From: Adineta vaga
Taxonomy: Eukaryota > Animalia > Rotifera
Length of the DNA stretch: 64,000 nucleotides
Direction of reading: 5' to 3'
Assembly (NCBI GenBank): GCA_021613535.1
Contig: CP075495.1
Coordinates: forward strand, 4,898,001-4,962,000
Every line of letters begins with the position of its first letter. The stretch's first letter is position 1. Position numbers and translations under genes: made by a program. The notes beneath the pieces are model-generated. The model worked only from the letters and a program-made list of their open reading frames with translations, was not told the origin of the DNA and did no database searches. Shown in pieces: positions 12,417 to 24,672 of the stretch.

Positions 12417-15400
12417 GGATACGGATATGGTTCTAAAAGTAAAAGTCAGTTCGGTTTTAGAGAAAAAAACAAATTTGACATACGTTTAGAGACGGAAGAC
12501 CAATCATTGATGACCATAGAAGGAGCAACAGGAGTTGATGATGGCATATGTCGTTTACGTTCACTGCCAATCGCAGCTGGTACCATTTTGTGGTCATTAC
12601 CGGCACTTGTAGACGATAATGAAGGACCGGTTGAATGATTACTATTGGAAATGATGCCAGTTGGATCAACTAAAATACAAAAAAAATTGATTCTTTCTTT
12701 CTTTTTCTCATCTGAAATAAAGATAATCATCTTACCAGAAGTTAATGTTATATCATCACTGTTTGTATTTACATTTGGTGCTAGAGGAATATTGTTCGTT
12801 TGTTGTGTTCTCGATAGAAAATTTTTATAATAAAAATTAGCCACAAGTGCTGCTGCTTGATTTGTATCTTGTGGTAGTTGTCCTCTTGATGCTAGAATTT
12901 TCGCTATTTGTAATGTTATTGATAATTGCGGTGGCGGTGGTAATGGTTGTTGAATAGGATGTTGTTGCATATTAGCTTGTAAATGATAAAAATGTAATAC
13001 TTGATTTTGTACATGTTGAATTGCTTCGATATCTGATTGTTGACAAGTACGTGTTGGTGGAACATTTGGATACATCTGTTGTTGTTGTTGTTGTTGTTGT
13101 TCCATCATTCGAGCAATATTAGTAATATTTGATGATAATGGTCCTTGAAATTCTGGTGCACTTGGATTTAAACTAGATCGATTCGAATATGCTGAATTAT
13201 TGTGTAATAATTGTTGATAGATAAGAGATGGATTTGATGGAAATTTTGAAGACATATGAAGAGGATTTTCATCAGTAGATACGGGTGGACGATGTGAACC
13301 TATGGGTCCAAATGGTTTTTGTTGATCGAGATTAGGAAACAATGGTTGTGGTTGAATAAAGTGGCTGGTCTGTTGTTTTAATGAGGATGGTGATGATGAT
13401 GTCGATGATGCTGTTGATGAACCTGTTTGACCATTTTGATCAAGAGGTATTTTTGTGAGAGATGGTGAGATTGATTGATGAATACGATTAGAACCAGGTG
13501 CACGACTTAATTGTGATGTTGGCGATAATGAATCGAAATTAGTTGTAGTAATGGTAGATAAACCACGATAACCAGGAGCAATCTTTGGATCTGATACTTG
13601 AGAAGATGTCGGGTTAGATTCATTCATTGTAATAACAATGGATTCTTGATGAGACTGTTTATTTGGTACATTCATTTTGGCAACATTGGCAAAATTCATT
13701 TTTGTTGCAGATTCATCATTAATTGACCCTGATTGATTTGTTGGTTCTTTTGTTTTAGTTAGAACATCAACAATAGATGTAGTTAGAATATTTGAAGCAA
13801 ATGGATTATATTCTCCAAGAGTCATTGTCGTTGGTGTTGAAGAAGGTGCTGCCATCAGTAAGGAGGAGGATGCTGACGATGATGATGGTGGAATTTGGTA
13901 AGATGTAGGATGTATAGATTTATTTGGTGATATTGAATTTGCATCTGAGATTGATGTTGTTGTTGTTGATGATGATAGTTGATAATTATTTGGATGATGT
14001 CGATGATGATTAGTTGAATTTGTGTATGAATAATGATTTGTATGAGTTGATTTATTATGTGATGAAGATGGTTTTGAATGTGTCCAATTAGTTGGATTTA
14101 TAGTTGTTGAATTGCTTGTAGATGACGATGATATAGCACGATTAGATCGATTAGAATTGACCCATGTGGCACCGGTGGATGTTAATGGTTGAGGTGTTTT
14201 TACTGATGCTGAAGAAGATGTGGAACGCGTTGTAAGATTTGATGGATTTTTTCTACTAGTTGGATTTGAAGAACGAGGATTAATTCTAGATGTTGGTGGT
14301 GCATCAGAAAACGTTGATTCTATAGAGCGAAAGAACAAACATTTGAATTGCATTTTCAAACTAGTTCTTTATATTAACATTACCATTATTCTGTAATCTT
14401 GGTCCTGTATTTGCTCTTTGTGCTTTCAGTAATTCATCATCGTTATCATGATTTGATGTTACAGTTGTAGACCTTGACTTATTCGTTGATGGCAATAGAT
14501 TCGTCAAATCTGTTTCTGAATTTTTTAATAGAGCTGTAATTAATTGATATGCGTGTTTGATTGAATCACCATTACCTCTAAACAAGTGAGAAGAACATAA
14601 ATGTAAAAACAATACAAAGAAAAACACTGAATCAACTTTACTTGATTAGAATAGTTTTATCACCAATTCCTCGTTTATTTTCCACATCAATCGAAGCTCC
14701 CGTTACTTCACGTAACATATTCAGATTTGATCCACATCGTCCAATAATACGTGAATATTGTTCATGTGGAATGGTTACTTTTTTCTGTTTACCAATGACT
14801 TCTTGCCAACCATCATCAACAATAACAGATTCTTGTTTCGTTTTTGAAACAAGATTTTCTTGATGACGTTCAATTTTTCTTGACATCGTATTCGTTTTCT
14901 TTTTGTTATTGGTCAGCTGCTTAGTCGTCTGTTCTGGCAGAGGTGGTTTCTGTTCAGTTTCAGTTTTAACCATTTTCAAACGTAGATCATCATCATCAAC
15001 AACAACAACCGCAGCAGCACCAGCACTCGCAACATCCGCTACATGTAATGAAGATACTTCAATAGGTTCTTCTGTTTCTACTTGTTGGTGCTCTTCTTCT
15101 TCTTGTTCTTCTTCATCTTCAACTTTAGAAGTTGATTCATCTTCTGTTTCTTTTGTTACTGTTGTTTGCTGTTTTCCTTTCTTTTTTGCTTTACGTTTTT
15201 CCCGTTTTTTTGCGGCAGCTTCTTTCTTCGTCTGTTCACGTGATTTTTCAGATTCAATTTCTTTTAATAAATTATTTGCTGCTTTATTAGCTTCAGCTGC
15301 TTGACGTTCCTTTGCTGAAATAATTTGATCCATACATGTTTGACATTTTTTCAATACATCCTTTAAGAAAAAAACGATATAAAATTAAGTTGTTCAAATA

Positions 15401-18400
15401 ACAAAACAAACAACGCTTTCAATACATACTTTATCAGTGATTGTACTTATCAATCGACGACAATCTGTATCTGAAGGAAATTGTCGTACTTGTCTTACTA
15501 AATATTTAACAACTTTAATATGTCCTTTACGAAATGCAGCCATGAGACAAGACACTTTTCGTGAATCACTGGAATCGGGATTAGCAAAGCGAGTTATGAG
15601 TAATTGAACAACTTCTAGATGGCCACCATTACATGCAAGCCATAGGGGTGTAGCACCTTTTTTATTTCTAACATCAATTGTGGCACCATAAAGAAGTAGT
15701 AATTCAACAAATTTATGATGACCTTTATCAGCAGCAATGGTTAAAGCTAAAAGAATGGAAAAGTAAAGATTTATTATTCAAATTCTATCGACATACCAGT
15801 ATCTTTAGATGTTGGTACAGGTAATGCATTGACATCTGCACCTCGTTCTAATAAAACTCGACCGACATCAACATAACCACCCGATGCTATAGAAAGACAT
15901 CGACAATGTTTATTTTTTATTGTTAAAAATAGTCATTTTTATTACCAGATTCCATGAGAGGTGTAAGACCTGTTTTCGCTCTATGTTCAATATTTGCTTT
16001 ACGATCGACTAATAATGATACAACTTCAGCTCGGCCTTGAAAACAAGCTAAAGTTAAAGCTGTATTGCGATTTGTTTCAATCTGAGCATTTATATCAGCA
16101 CCCATATCTAATAAAAGTTTAACTGCAGCAACATGTCCATTCATTGATGCCAACATTAATGGCTAAAATAGAGATTTTGTTTTAATATTTCATTAACAAT
16201 CTAAATACTACTTACAGTAATACCAAGTTTACTACCAGTCCTAGAGAATAGATTAAGAAAATAGTAAAAAATATTTGTAACGAAAAAAGAAACAAACCTC
16301 GAATTGATCTCTGCACCATAACTTAATAATAATTTTATAATAGTTACATATCCACCTGAAGCAGCAAGACTCAATGCTATGAAAGAAAAAGATTTCTTTA
16401 GTAATTTAGGTAAACTTCAGTTTTCCAACAAACCAGTGTAATCTGAAACGTTTCTATGTTCACGATTTGCTCCATTTTTCAATAGAACTTCTACAACATC
16501 TTGTCTTCCACCACTACATGCCAACGATAGTGCTGTATCTTTGGTTCTTTCAGATTGAGCTTCAATATTTGCACCATGTTCAATTAATCTAGATACAATA
16601 TTTGCATGACCAGCAGTCGCTAATAAGTAAGAAAAAAAAAGGGATGATCATTCATAATCAAAAACACAATGACTTACCAGCAAGAATTAATGGTGTAAAA
16701 CCTTTTTTATCTCGATGTTCAATGTTTGCATTACGTTGTAAAAGTAAAAGTACAAGTTCTTCATGACCACCGGCACATGCTAACGTTAATGCAGTATCAT
16801 GATTTGATTCTGTTTCACAATCCACATCAATTCGATTTTGAAATCGTAGATGAGATAATGCTGTTGATGTGGAATTTGTTGTTAGTTGAGATGAATACTC
16901 TGTACAACAAACTGGATGTCGTACAGTAGTTGATGGCGGTGGTAGATCGGTAGCTTCTATGAGTAGATTCTGACGTGATTGCAAAGATATGCCAGTTGAT
17001 TCCTGATCAGTAGTAGTCGTGACTAGAATATATAAATCATTATGTAAAATCTATCATTTCGAGAAATACTTACTCTTTTCAACATTAGATGTCTGTTGTA
17101 ATGATCTCAATTGTTCAATAAATGGTTTTTGATTAGCAATTTTTTGAATTTCTTTAATTAAATCTGGATTATTCGCCAATGTTTGAATACGTTCTAATGC
17201 TGATGGATTACTTGCTAATTGTCGTAAATGTTCTAGAGCTTTTTGTGTATCTGTATTAATACGCATCGGAATTTTTGTTGGTGTCGATTCAGTCGATGAT
17301 GTTGTTCCTGTTGTTGATGAGATTAATTTCAAATTTTTCAAATGCATATTCATTTCATCTAAATGACTTTGATTATCATGTACATGTTGTTCTACTCGAC
17401 GATCATATTTGGATAATTGTCGATTGAAAGATTTCTTTATTTTCGTATGATGATGAGACGACGATTGTACAGATGATTCATTAGATGACGGAGAGAAAAA
17501 ATTGATAGTTTGAGATGGAATTGGTAGAATAGAGGAAGATGATTGTTCATCATGTTTTGATGATAATGATGATGCTGATGAACTTGATGATGTTGATGAT
17601 GAAGAAGTTGTACGCTTCTTTTTACTAGTTACAGGTGGATTAGAAGGAGTGGAAGGAGGATTTGCATTGAAATAATCCGTCACTTGCTGACGATATTCTT
17701 GATTAAGTTTGAGATGTTGTTGAGCTTTATCATGTAATTCTTTTTCTACATTTTGTAATTGTTCTAAAGATTAGAAATATTGATTTATATAATCAATGAA
17801 TATTTGTTTTTACCTAATAAATACAGTTTTTTCGCTTGATCACTCGTTTGATCAGTTGTTGGTGATGGTAATCGATCAGAATTTGGCCATGGATATGCTG
17901 AAATGTCTACAAGAATAGGAATTGTATAATAGATATATATATATATATGTAGAATAAATTTAAAATGAACAAACCTGTATTATTCATATCAGCATATAAT
18001 TCATTTGGATCTACTTCGACAGTTTTCAGTACTTCAAGAATATTTCGAGGAACGATTTTTTCCAATCGTTCAAGCAATGTAAACGATGTATTATTCATCT
18101 CAGATGATTTTTCATGAGTTCCTATTCCTGTTTCAGTTTTTATACTTGAATCATTTACTGTTGGCAATGGTAAAGGAAATGAAGTTGGCATTGTTACTGT
18201 TAAATTCTCGTCTTCTTCTTCATCGTCATCTTCATCTTCGTCTTCATCGTCTTCATCATCATTGGTTTCAATAGGATTAATTGTACAATTTAAAATACTC
18301 TTCGGATATTCAAGTAATAATTGAACAATAGCTGTATGACCACCTTTTGCAGCTTCAATTAAACAATTTGATCGATCCTACGAATTAAATTTCATTTCAT

Positions 18401-20984
18401 TACTAAATCTATCGATATAACGAAATCAATATACTTTAAGGAGATGATTTGGATCTGCACCATTTAGAAGAAGAATTGTAGTTAATTCAAAATGTCCACC
18501 GGCACATGCTAATGAAAGAACTGTTGCATCATTGGTTATAGTTGATCGATTGACATCAGCTCCTGAGAGGAAAGAGAAGATGATTTTTGAATAAAAAACA
18601 ATGATTTATATATCGTTTTCTACCTTTTGATATTAAATATCGTACTGTACATATATGTCCTGCACGTGCTGCTTTCATTAATGGTGTTCGTCCTTCATTT
18701 TCAGCATCATCAATATGTGCACCGGCATTCAATAATATTTCTGCAACTTCTGTATGTCCGCTTTCACAAGCATAACCCAACGCTAATTTCAATAGTAGAA
18801 AATATTAGTTCTTTCATAGATAAAAACAGATTCAATTTACCTGTATCTCCAACGCGAGTGGTTTGATTGACATTAGCTCCTTTGACAAGAGAGAAAAAAA
18901 ACAGAAATTTAATCAAATTTCGAGATAAACTTGAGTAAACATACCATTTTCTATTAGAAATGGAACAAGTTCAATATGTCCTTCTTGTGATGCTTCCATC
19001 AGAGGAGTTGATTGACCCAAATTGATATTAGCTCCATTAACTAGAAGAATTTTCACTACATCCAAAAATCCACCAGCACATGCCAAAGTTACTAAATAGT
19101 TAGAGAATCGATGAATATTTGAAATATGACATTTGAAAAAAAGGACTTACACGCTGTTTCTTGTGCTTCTTCAGTTGTTCGATTAATATTGGCTCCTAAA
19201 ACCAATCATATTCATTTGTGTTCATTCAATTGATTTAAATCTCTCACCTTTTGAAACTAGTAAATTCACAATATCATCATGTCCTTCTCTACTTGCTAAA
19301 ACACAATGAAATAATCAAATTAAAACTCGTCTCTCACGTCTTCTTCAACGGATACAAACCTTCCATTAATGGTGTATAACCTTCATCATTCACTTCTTCG
19401 AGATTAGCTCCACGTTCAATCAATAATGAAGCTAGTTCAAAATGACCACCACATGCACTCAATGTTAGTGGACTTTCATAACTATCTGGTGGCATATTGA
19501 CATCGGCACCATGATCAAGTAATAATCTTGCAACTTGAACATGACCATCCATACATGCTTCCATTAGAGCTAAACATAACAACAATAATAAAAGATAATG
19601 TTTTTTTCGTCGTTCTTTTACCTGTATGCATTTCATCAGTCTTATTTCCATTTTCTAAATGAAACAAAATATTTTTAAAGATTTTCAAAGAAAATTAATA
19701 AACATACTATCTTTCGATTGATTATTCGTTCCAGCACCATGATCAAGTAAAAGTTGAGTTACTTCTACATGTCCACCACCAGCTGCTTCCATCTAAAATA
19801 ATCATTAATACATCACTAGTAACTAATTAAGAGACAAATACCAATGGTGTATGACCATTTTCATTAGTTTCTTCGACTTTTGCACCATGTTTTAATAACA
19901 ATCGTACAATATCAACATAACCCTTTAATTTAGAAAACGAATTAACATAACATAACAATATCTTCGTTGCATTTTCTTACTCCTCCTGCTGCATAATGTA
20001 ATGCTGTATTTCCTGATGTTGATTGTATATTTACATTTGCTTTATATTTTATCAAAAGTTCAACAATTTCATAATGACCAGCATTACAAGCTATAAAAAC
20101 AAAACAGAAGAAAAATCAATTGTTTTTATTTTTCATTTTGATCTGATCAAACCTTCCATTAATGGTGTACAATCTTGTTTATTTCCTCGATCATCTACAG
20201 CAATATCTGGTATAGTACGAAGTATAAGTTCAACTAAATCAATATAACCATTGGAACAAGCTAATGATAAAATACTATCACCATCTTCATTGATATCATT
20301 AAGATATTCTTTAATATTTTTAGTTTGAAGAATTTTTTCAACTGTTTGAAGATCATTATTTACACAGGCACGAAGTAGTACACCGGAATCTTTATTTAAT
20401 AATTTCGATGGTTTCTTTTCATTTTGTGATATTGCTGAGGAAGAAGATGAAGATAAAACATTGGCTATTTCATGTAAGCCATTGAAATTATTTGTTACAC
20501 TACTTGTTAATAAACGTACAACTTGTTGATCACGCCAGAAATCTTCTGGTATAGGAGAATTAGTTATACCAGTAGCTTCAAGAATTGCAGCTAGTTTAGC
20601 TTGTGTATCAGGATCAATTGGACCAATATCGATATCATCATTATATTTATGATTGAATGATAAATGTGAATGAGAAATAAATGGTGATGGAATATCATCT
20701 TCATCATCATCATCATCTTCTTCTTCATCACTTGTTTCATCCTAGGAAAAGAAGAAGAAAAAAAATCGAATTTTACAAAGAATTATTTCTTGTTTTTTTC
20801 TATTGATCAACTTTACTTCAATATCTTCTTCGTCGTCTGTTAACATTCTATGATTTTGATGTGAATAACGTGTTAAACCAACAGAAATAATTGGAACGTC
20901 AGTTATATCTATTGATGAATCTTGTTTTGTATTTGATTTCAATGTTTGATCACTTATTGTTGATGTTTGAGAAGTACTTTTCAT
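12323..20984 (-). CDS. ANKHD1: Mask / ANKHD1-ANKRD17 orthologue (two ankyrin arrays, KH domain, low-complexity C-terminus with polyQ)
   Basis: Diagnostic stretches include KTDEMHTALMEACMDGHV, NLEEVNDEGYTPLME, ETESNHDTALTLACAGGHEELV, NAQIETNRNTALTLACFQGR and the KH domain SRIIGRCGSNLNMLREVTGASIDV. There are more than 20 short introns. The last exon 12432-12323 encodes PYPYPQ..Q..TRDYPR*. Confidence 0.95.
12351..12416 (-). repeat. (CAA/CAG)n polyglutamine tract in the last Mask exon
   Basis: Reads as a (TTG)n/(CTG)n run on the + strand. Confidence 0.9.
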
Positions 20985-22675
20985 ATGAAAAAACTAATTG
21001 TTCATGCTAAAATTTTCAAGAAAAACATCATATAAAAAGTTGTTCAATCATTTTACTAACAACTGATCAGTTGACCTCCTAGGATGGGAAATCGAGAAAG
21101 AGAGGTAAGAAGAATGGTACAAAAGATACAACAGGAAACAGACATCGACAAAGCAATGAGATGCAAACACAAACAGAAACGAACGAAGAAGGGTAGGCAA
21201 AGCAGAGTAATACCAACAATATTGGACACGATGTTAGTATAATATGGATTGGGAATTGCTTGTTTTCTGCCATTACTATATTATTAATATCAAACAATTA
21301 ACCATACAGATTTGATTCTATTCAAAGAAAGAAATTCAATGAAAACAACATATTAAATCAAAATCATATGTCATTATGAAAAGAAACAATTCGAAAAATT
21401 GTAACAAAATAGTTTCGATAGATGTCGTTGCTGATTAGTATCTATTTCGAAGTACATATAGTATATCACAAGAAAGATATATTCATACCACACCTTTCTA
21501 CTAATTTTTCAATAGGAAAAGAAAACAGAAAAATGAAGAACGTAAATTCAGGTATATCGCAATGTTCTGCCATTTCTATTTCATTAAACATAGTGTCGCA
21601 CGGTATTTTTTTATTACATATAAAATCTCCCGAGAGAATATTTTTGAAATTATCAATTATTCTAGGAAATTTCACTCGAACAGATGATTCGTATGACTGT
21701 ATAGTTTTTCAAATCGATACTTTCCTTTTGTATTTTTTATGATTGCAATAAACTTCCGTTTCAAAAGTATACTTGCACACACTTTGTTATTTCCTGTGAT
21801 ATAGTAGATCTTTTATATCCGGCATTCATTCCAGAAATTAGTATGAAAATGAAGAACATTTTAGGTATAATAGTAGCATATACATTGTTCAAATTCATAG
21901 ATTCTTCTGCTTTCAGGAAAATTTAATTGCATCATTAGATACATTCCAAAATGTGTCCAAGAGATTGATCGAGTATGTTTTCAATCGATGAAACTTGCAT
22001 CTTATCAATACAATATTTATCTAAAACTCATTCAACAAAAATCTCGTTTATTTAATTGTTTTTGAATATCTACCGCTTAAAACTTACTATTTACGTAAAT
22101 ACGATTAAGAAACTATTTTAATTTAAATTACATTTATTATTGACTCACTCAATATTTTCATTGTTTCTTTACTAAACTATTGCATATTCTACCGATTATT
22201 TATCCTTGACACTATTATTTTCAATCAAATAGAATCTTAATCACATGGGAATTTCAAAGAATACTACACGAAGATTTTCGAGTATCAACTTAAATACCGT
22301 CTCTCGTCTCTCATTTCATTCTTGTGGATTGTCAAGTAGAAGAAAACATTCATATACATACTTAAGTACATGTTTGCATAAGAACAAATAACACACATAT
22401 CAACATACTCACTTTAGAAGAAGAAAAAATCATGTATCAACATGCGGAGAAAAAAACTGTAGTTTTGTTTTTTTTTCGTTTTCTTTTTTACATTTAAAAC
22501 CTACAAGAAAAGGTAAATCTGACTCATTTTCTAAAAGATTCTCAGAGAAAAAACAATCGTCAGTGAATACGATACAACATCGTAAGAGTACAATTTCTCC
22601 GATTTTATTTCTTCACACAACTAGGAAATAAAACAAAATGAACAAGTAGTTTAATTGAAGAACGTCTTGAACATA

Positions 22676-23327
22676 ATGTTACCCAAATTAAGTAAATACA
22701 AATTTTCAAAATCATTTTCTTTACTCTCTCTCTCTCTCTTTCGAAATAGAAACTCAAACAAATATCGAATATGATTGTTGTCGGCTTCTTCGTACGGATC
22801 GATCATCTCGTTTAATATTACCATTAGCACGTCGTGGTCGTCCATTCCCTTCATCACGATCCCATCATGTACTATGTAAAAATTGTTCGAATATAAAACG
22901 AAAACAACAACGTGAAATTCTTCAACGAGAACAAAAAAATTCTTCAAATATTTTTGACACAATCAATGATTTGAATCGAACATCCGAACCAAATATATCT
23001 CATGAAATCGAATTTTCTTTAACAGATCAAAATGAAAAAATTCATCTAAATCAATCTGAATATGAACCTGAACAAATGCTCATTTGGAAAATTAAACCAT
23101 CCAATCGTCAAACTACAATTCTTAATGATACTGGTTCGTTAAATGATAATGAAAAAAAAGTATTACTTCTAGAAGCCGTACGAAAATTACAAATTGTTTT
23201 AAATAATCGTTCAACATCAACAACAACAATAACGATTCCTGAAAGTGATCTAGATCAAATTGAATTTACTTATCGGGCTTTACAAACAACAGTTAATATT
23301 CTATCATCATCTTTAGATTCACTGTAG
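22676..23327 (+). CDS. Orphan ~197-aa protein
   Basis: ATG 22676 (MLPKL), phase-1 intron 22692-22749, then a long open frame KTQTNIEYDCCRLLR..HVLCKNC.. continuing into the 22971-23327 ORF. Confidence 0.6.
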
Positions 23328-23593
23328 ATTGAATGAACTAAATAACCTATAATCAACTGAAATGTTCTGAAGAAAGAAATCCAATCTAGTCTTTTCAAGG
23401 ATACAATTTATCCATCTTTTTATATCTTATTGAGTCTTATTATATGGTTAATTTCATTTTGTCTAAGAAGCTAAATTTAATCTAATCCATATCAAATCTT
23501 TTATACTGAACATCCTCTTATGTTTAAATTTATTTCTGATCAAACAAACTTCTAAAAAATAAAAGGCACTAAAAGTTAACGAAGATCATACGA

Positions 23594-24672
23594 TCAAGAG
23601 AGATACAATAATAACAAGAAAATCATCATCATATATATTGATGGTAAATGTATGTGACCAGTATCAAATAATGTTTGAAATAGATATTGTGCTGATGTAT
23701 CTTGTTGTCGTGGTAATCGATGGAATTCATCTTCTATAAATATATATATATATAGATTTATTTAATTGTTTACATAGATTATTGATTTTATTTGTTACTC
23801 ACTTGTACGTCGTCGGACTAGAATATGGGCTTCTTTTTCATTATATCTACATGTGTAGTTAGCTTGAAGGAAATTTTGATTTTTTTTATTAAAAAAAATT
23901 GTCAAACGTTGAGTATTGGATGAAATTGGTTCAGTATGAAAATCATAATTTGATTGATTTAATAATTCTCCATTGACAAGCCATGTTAAATCGTTGAAAT
24001 TAATTTCTGTATCACATGATAATGAACAAGTTAATGAAAATGTTCGATTAACCGGATAGAGAAGTAAAGGTGACGATGGAGTTATATGTGGATGAGCTAA
24101 TCAGAAAACAAAAACAATAAATTTAACAATACTTTTCGATCGTGAGATAAATACATACAATTAACAAGTAATTTTATACTATGTTGACCACTTGAACTTG
24201 ATTTGCATGTATAAATACCCTGATCTTCCAGTGAAACATTACTGATCAATAAACGTGGTATTGATGATACAGATGATATAAGATTATAACGCCCGATGGT
24301 AGCATATTCAGAGAAGAGAATATCACCAATAGCAATAAGAGTTAAATGTGTTCGGGATGAATTAGGACGAAACCATGAAATCTAGAGAAAAGTTTTAAAT
24401 GAAGTGCTTTCTTTCCTTCTTGACAGACATACCACTTCATGTGTTTTCTTTATTGAACGTATTGGACATTTTAGTTCAATATCCGTTCCACATGAAACAT
24501 GCATTGTTGCTGCATTAGCTAGAAATGAATGATAAAGAATGCGAATACATTTGATTTCCCTTTAGAATTTAGATGACTTACTTGTAAATGATAATGATAA
24601 TAAAATGATCAAATAGATGATGATCAAATCAGAAAAGTTTTGAAACGATGAATTGATATTGAAGTTCGACAT
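23594..24672 (-). CDS. Two-Ig-domain cell-surface protein, probably GPI-anchored (Dpr/ZIG-like architecture)
   Basis: Not in the ORF track. Five exons encode a signal peptide (DLIIIYLIILLSLSFT), Ig1 (IELKCP..ISWFR..LLISNVSLEDQGIYTC), Ig2 (FSLTCSL..LTWLVNG..LTI..ANYTCRY) and a terminal hydrophobic tail IYMMMIFLLLLYLS* with no cytoplasmic domain. Confidence 0.8.

Noticed and set aside
14642-15304. Plus-strand ORFs opposite Mask
   Set aside because: Antisense shadows of the coiled-coil/KH exon.
21422-21900. ORFs and a partial AAAATGAAGAAC..AGGTATA duplication as a transposon
   Set aside because: No transposase motif, TIRs or TSD identifiable.
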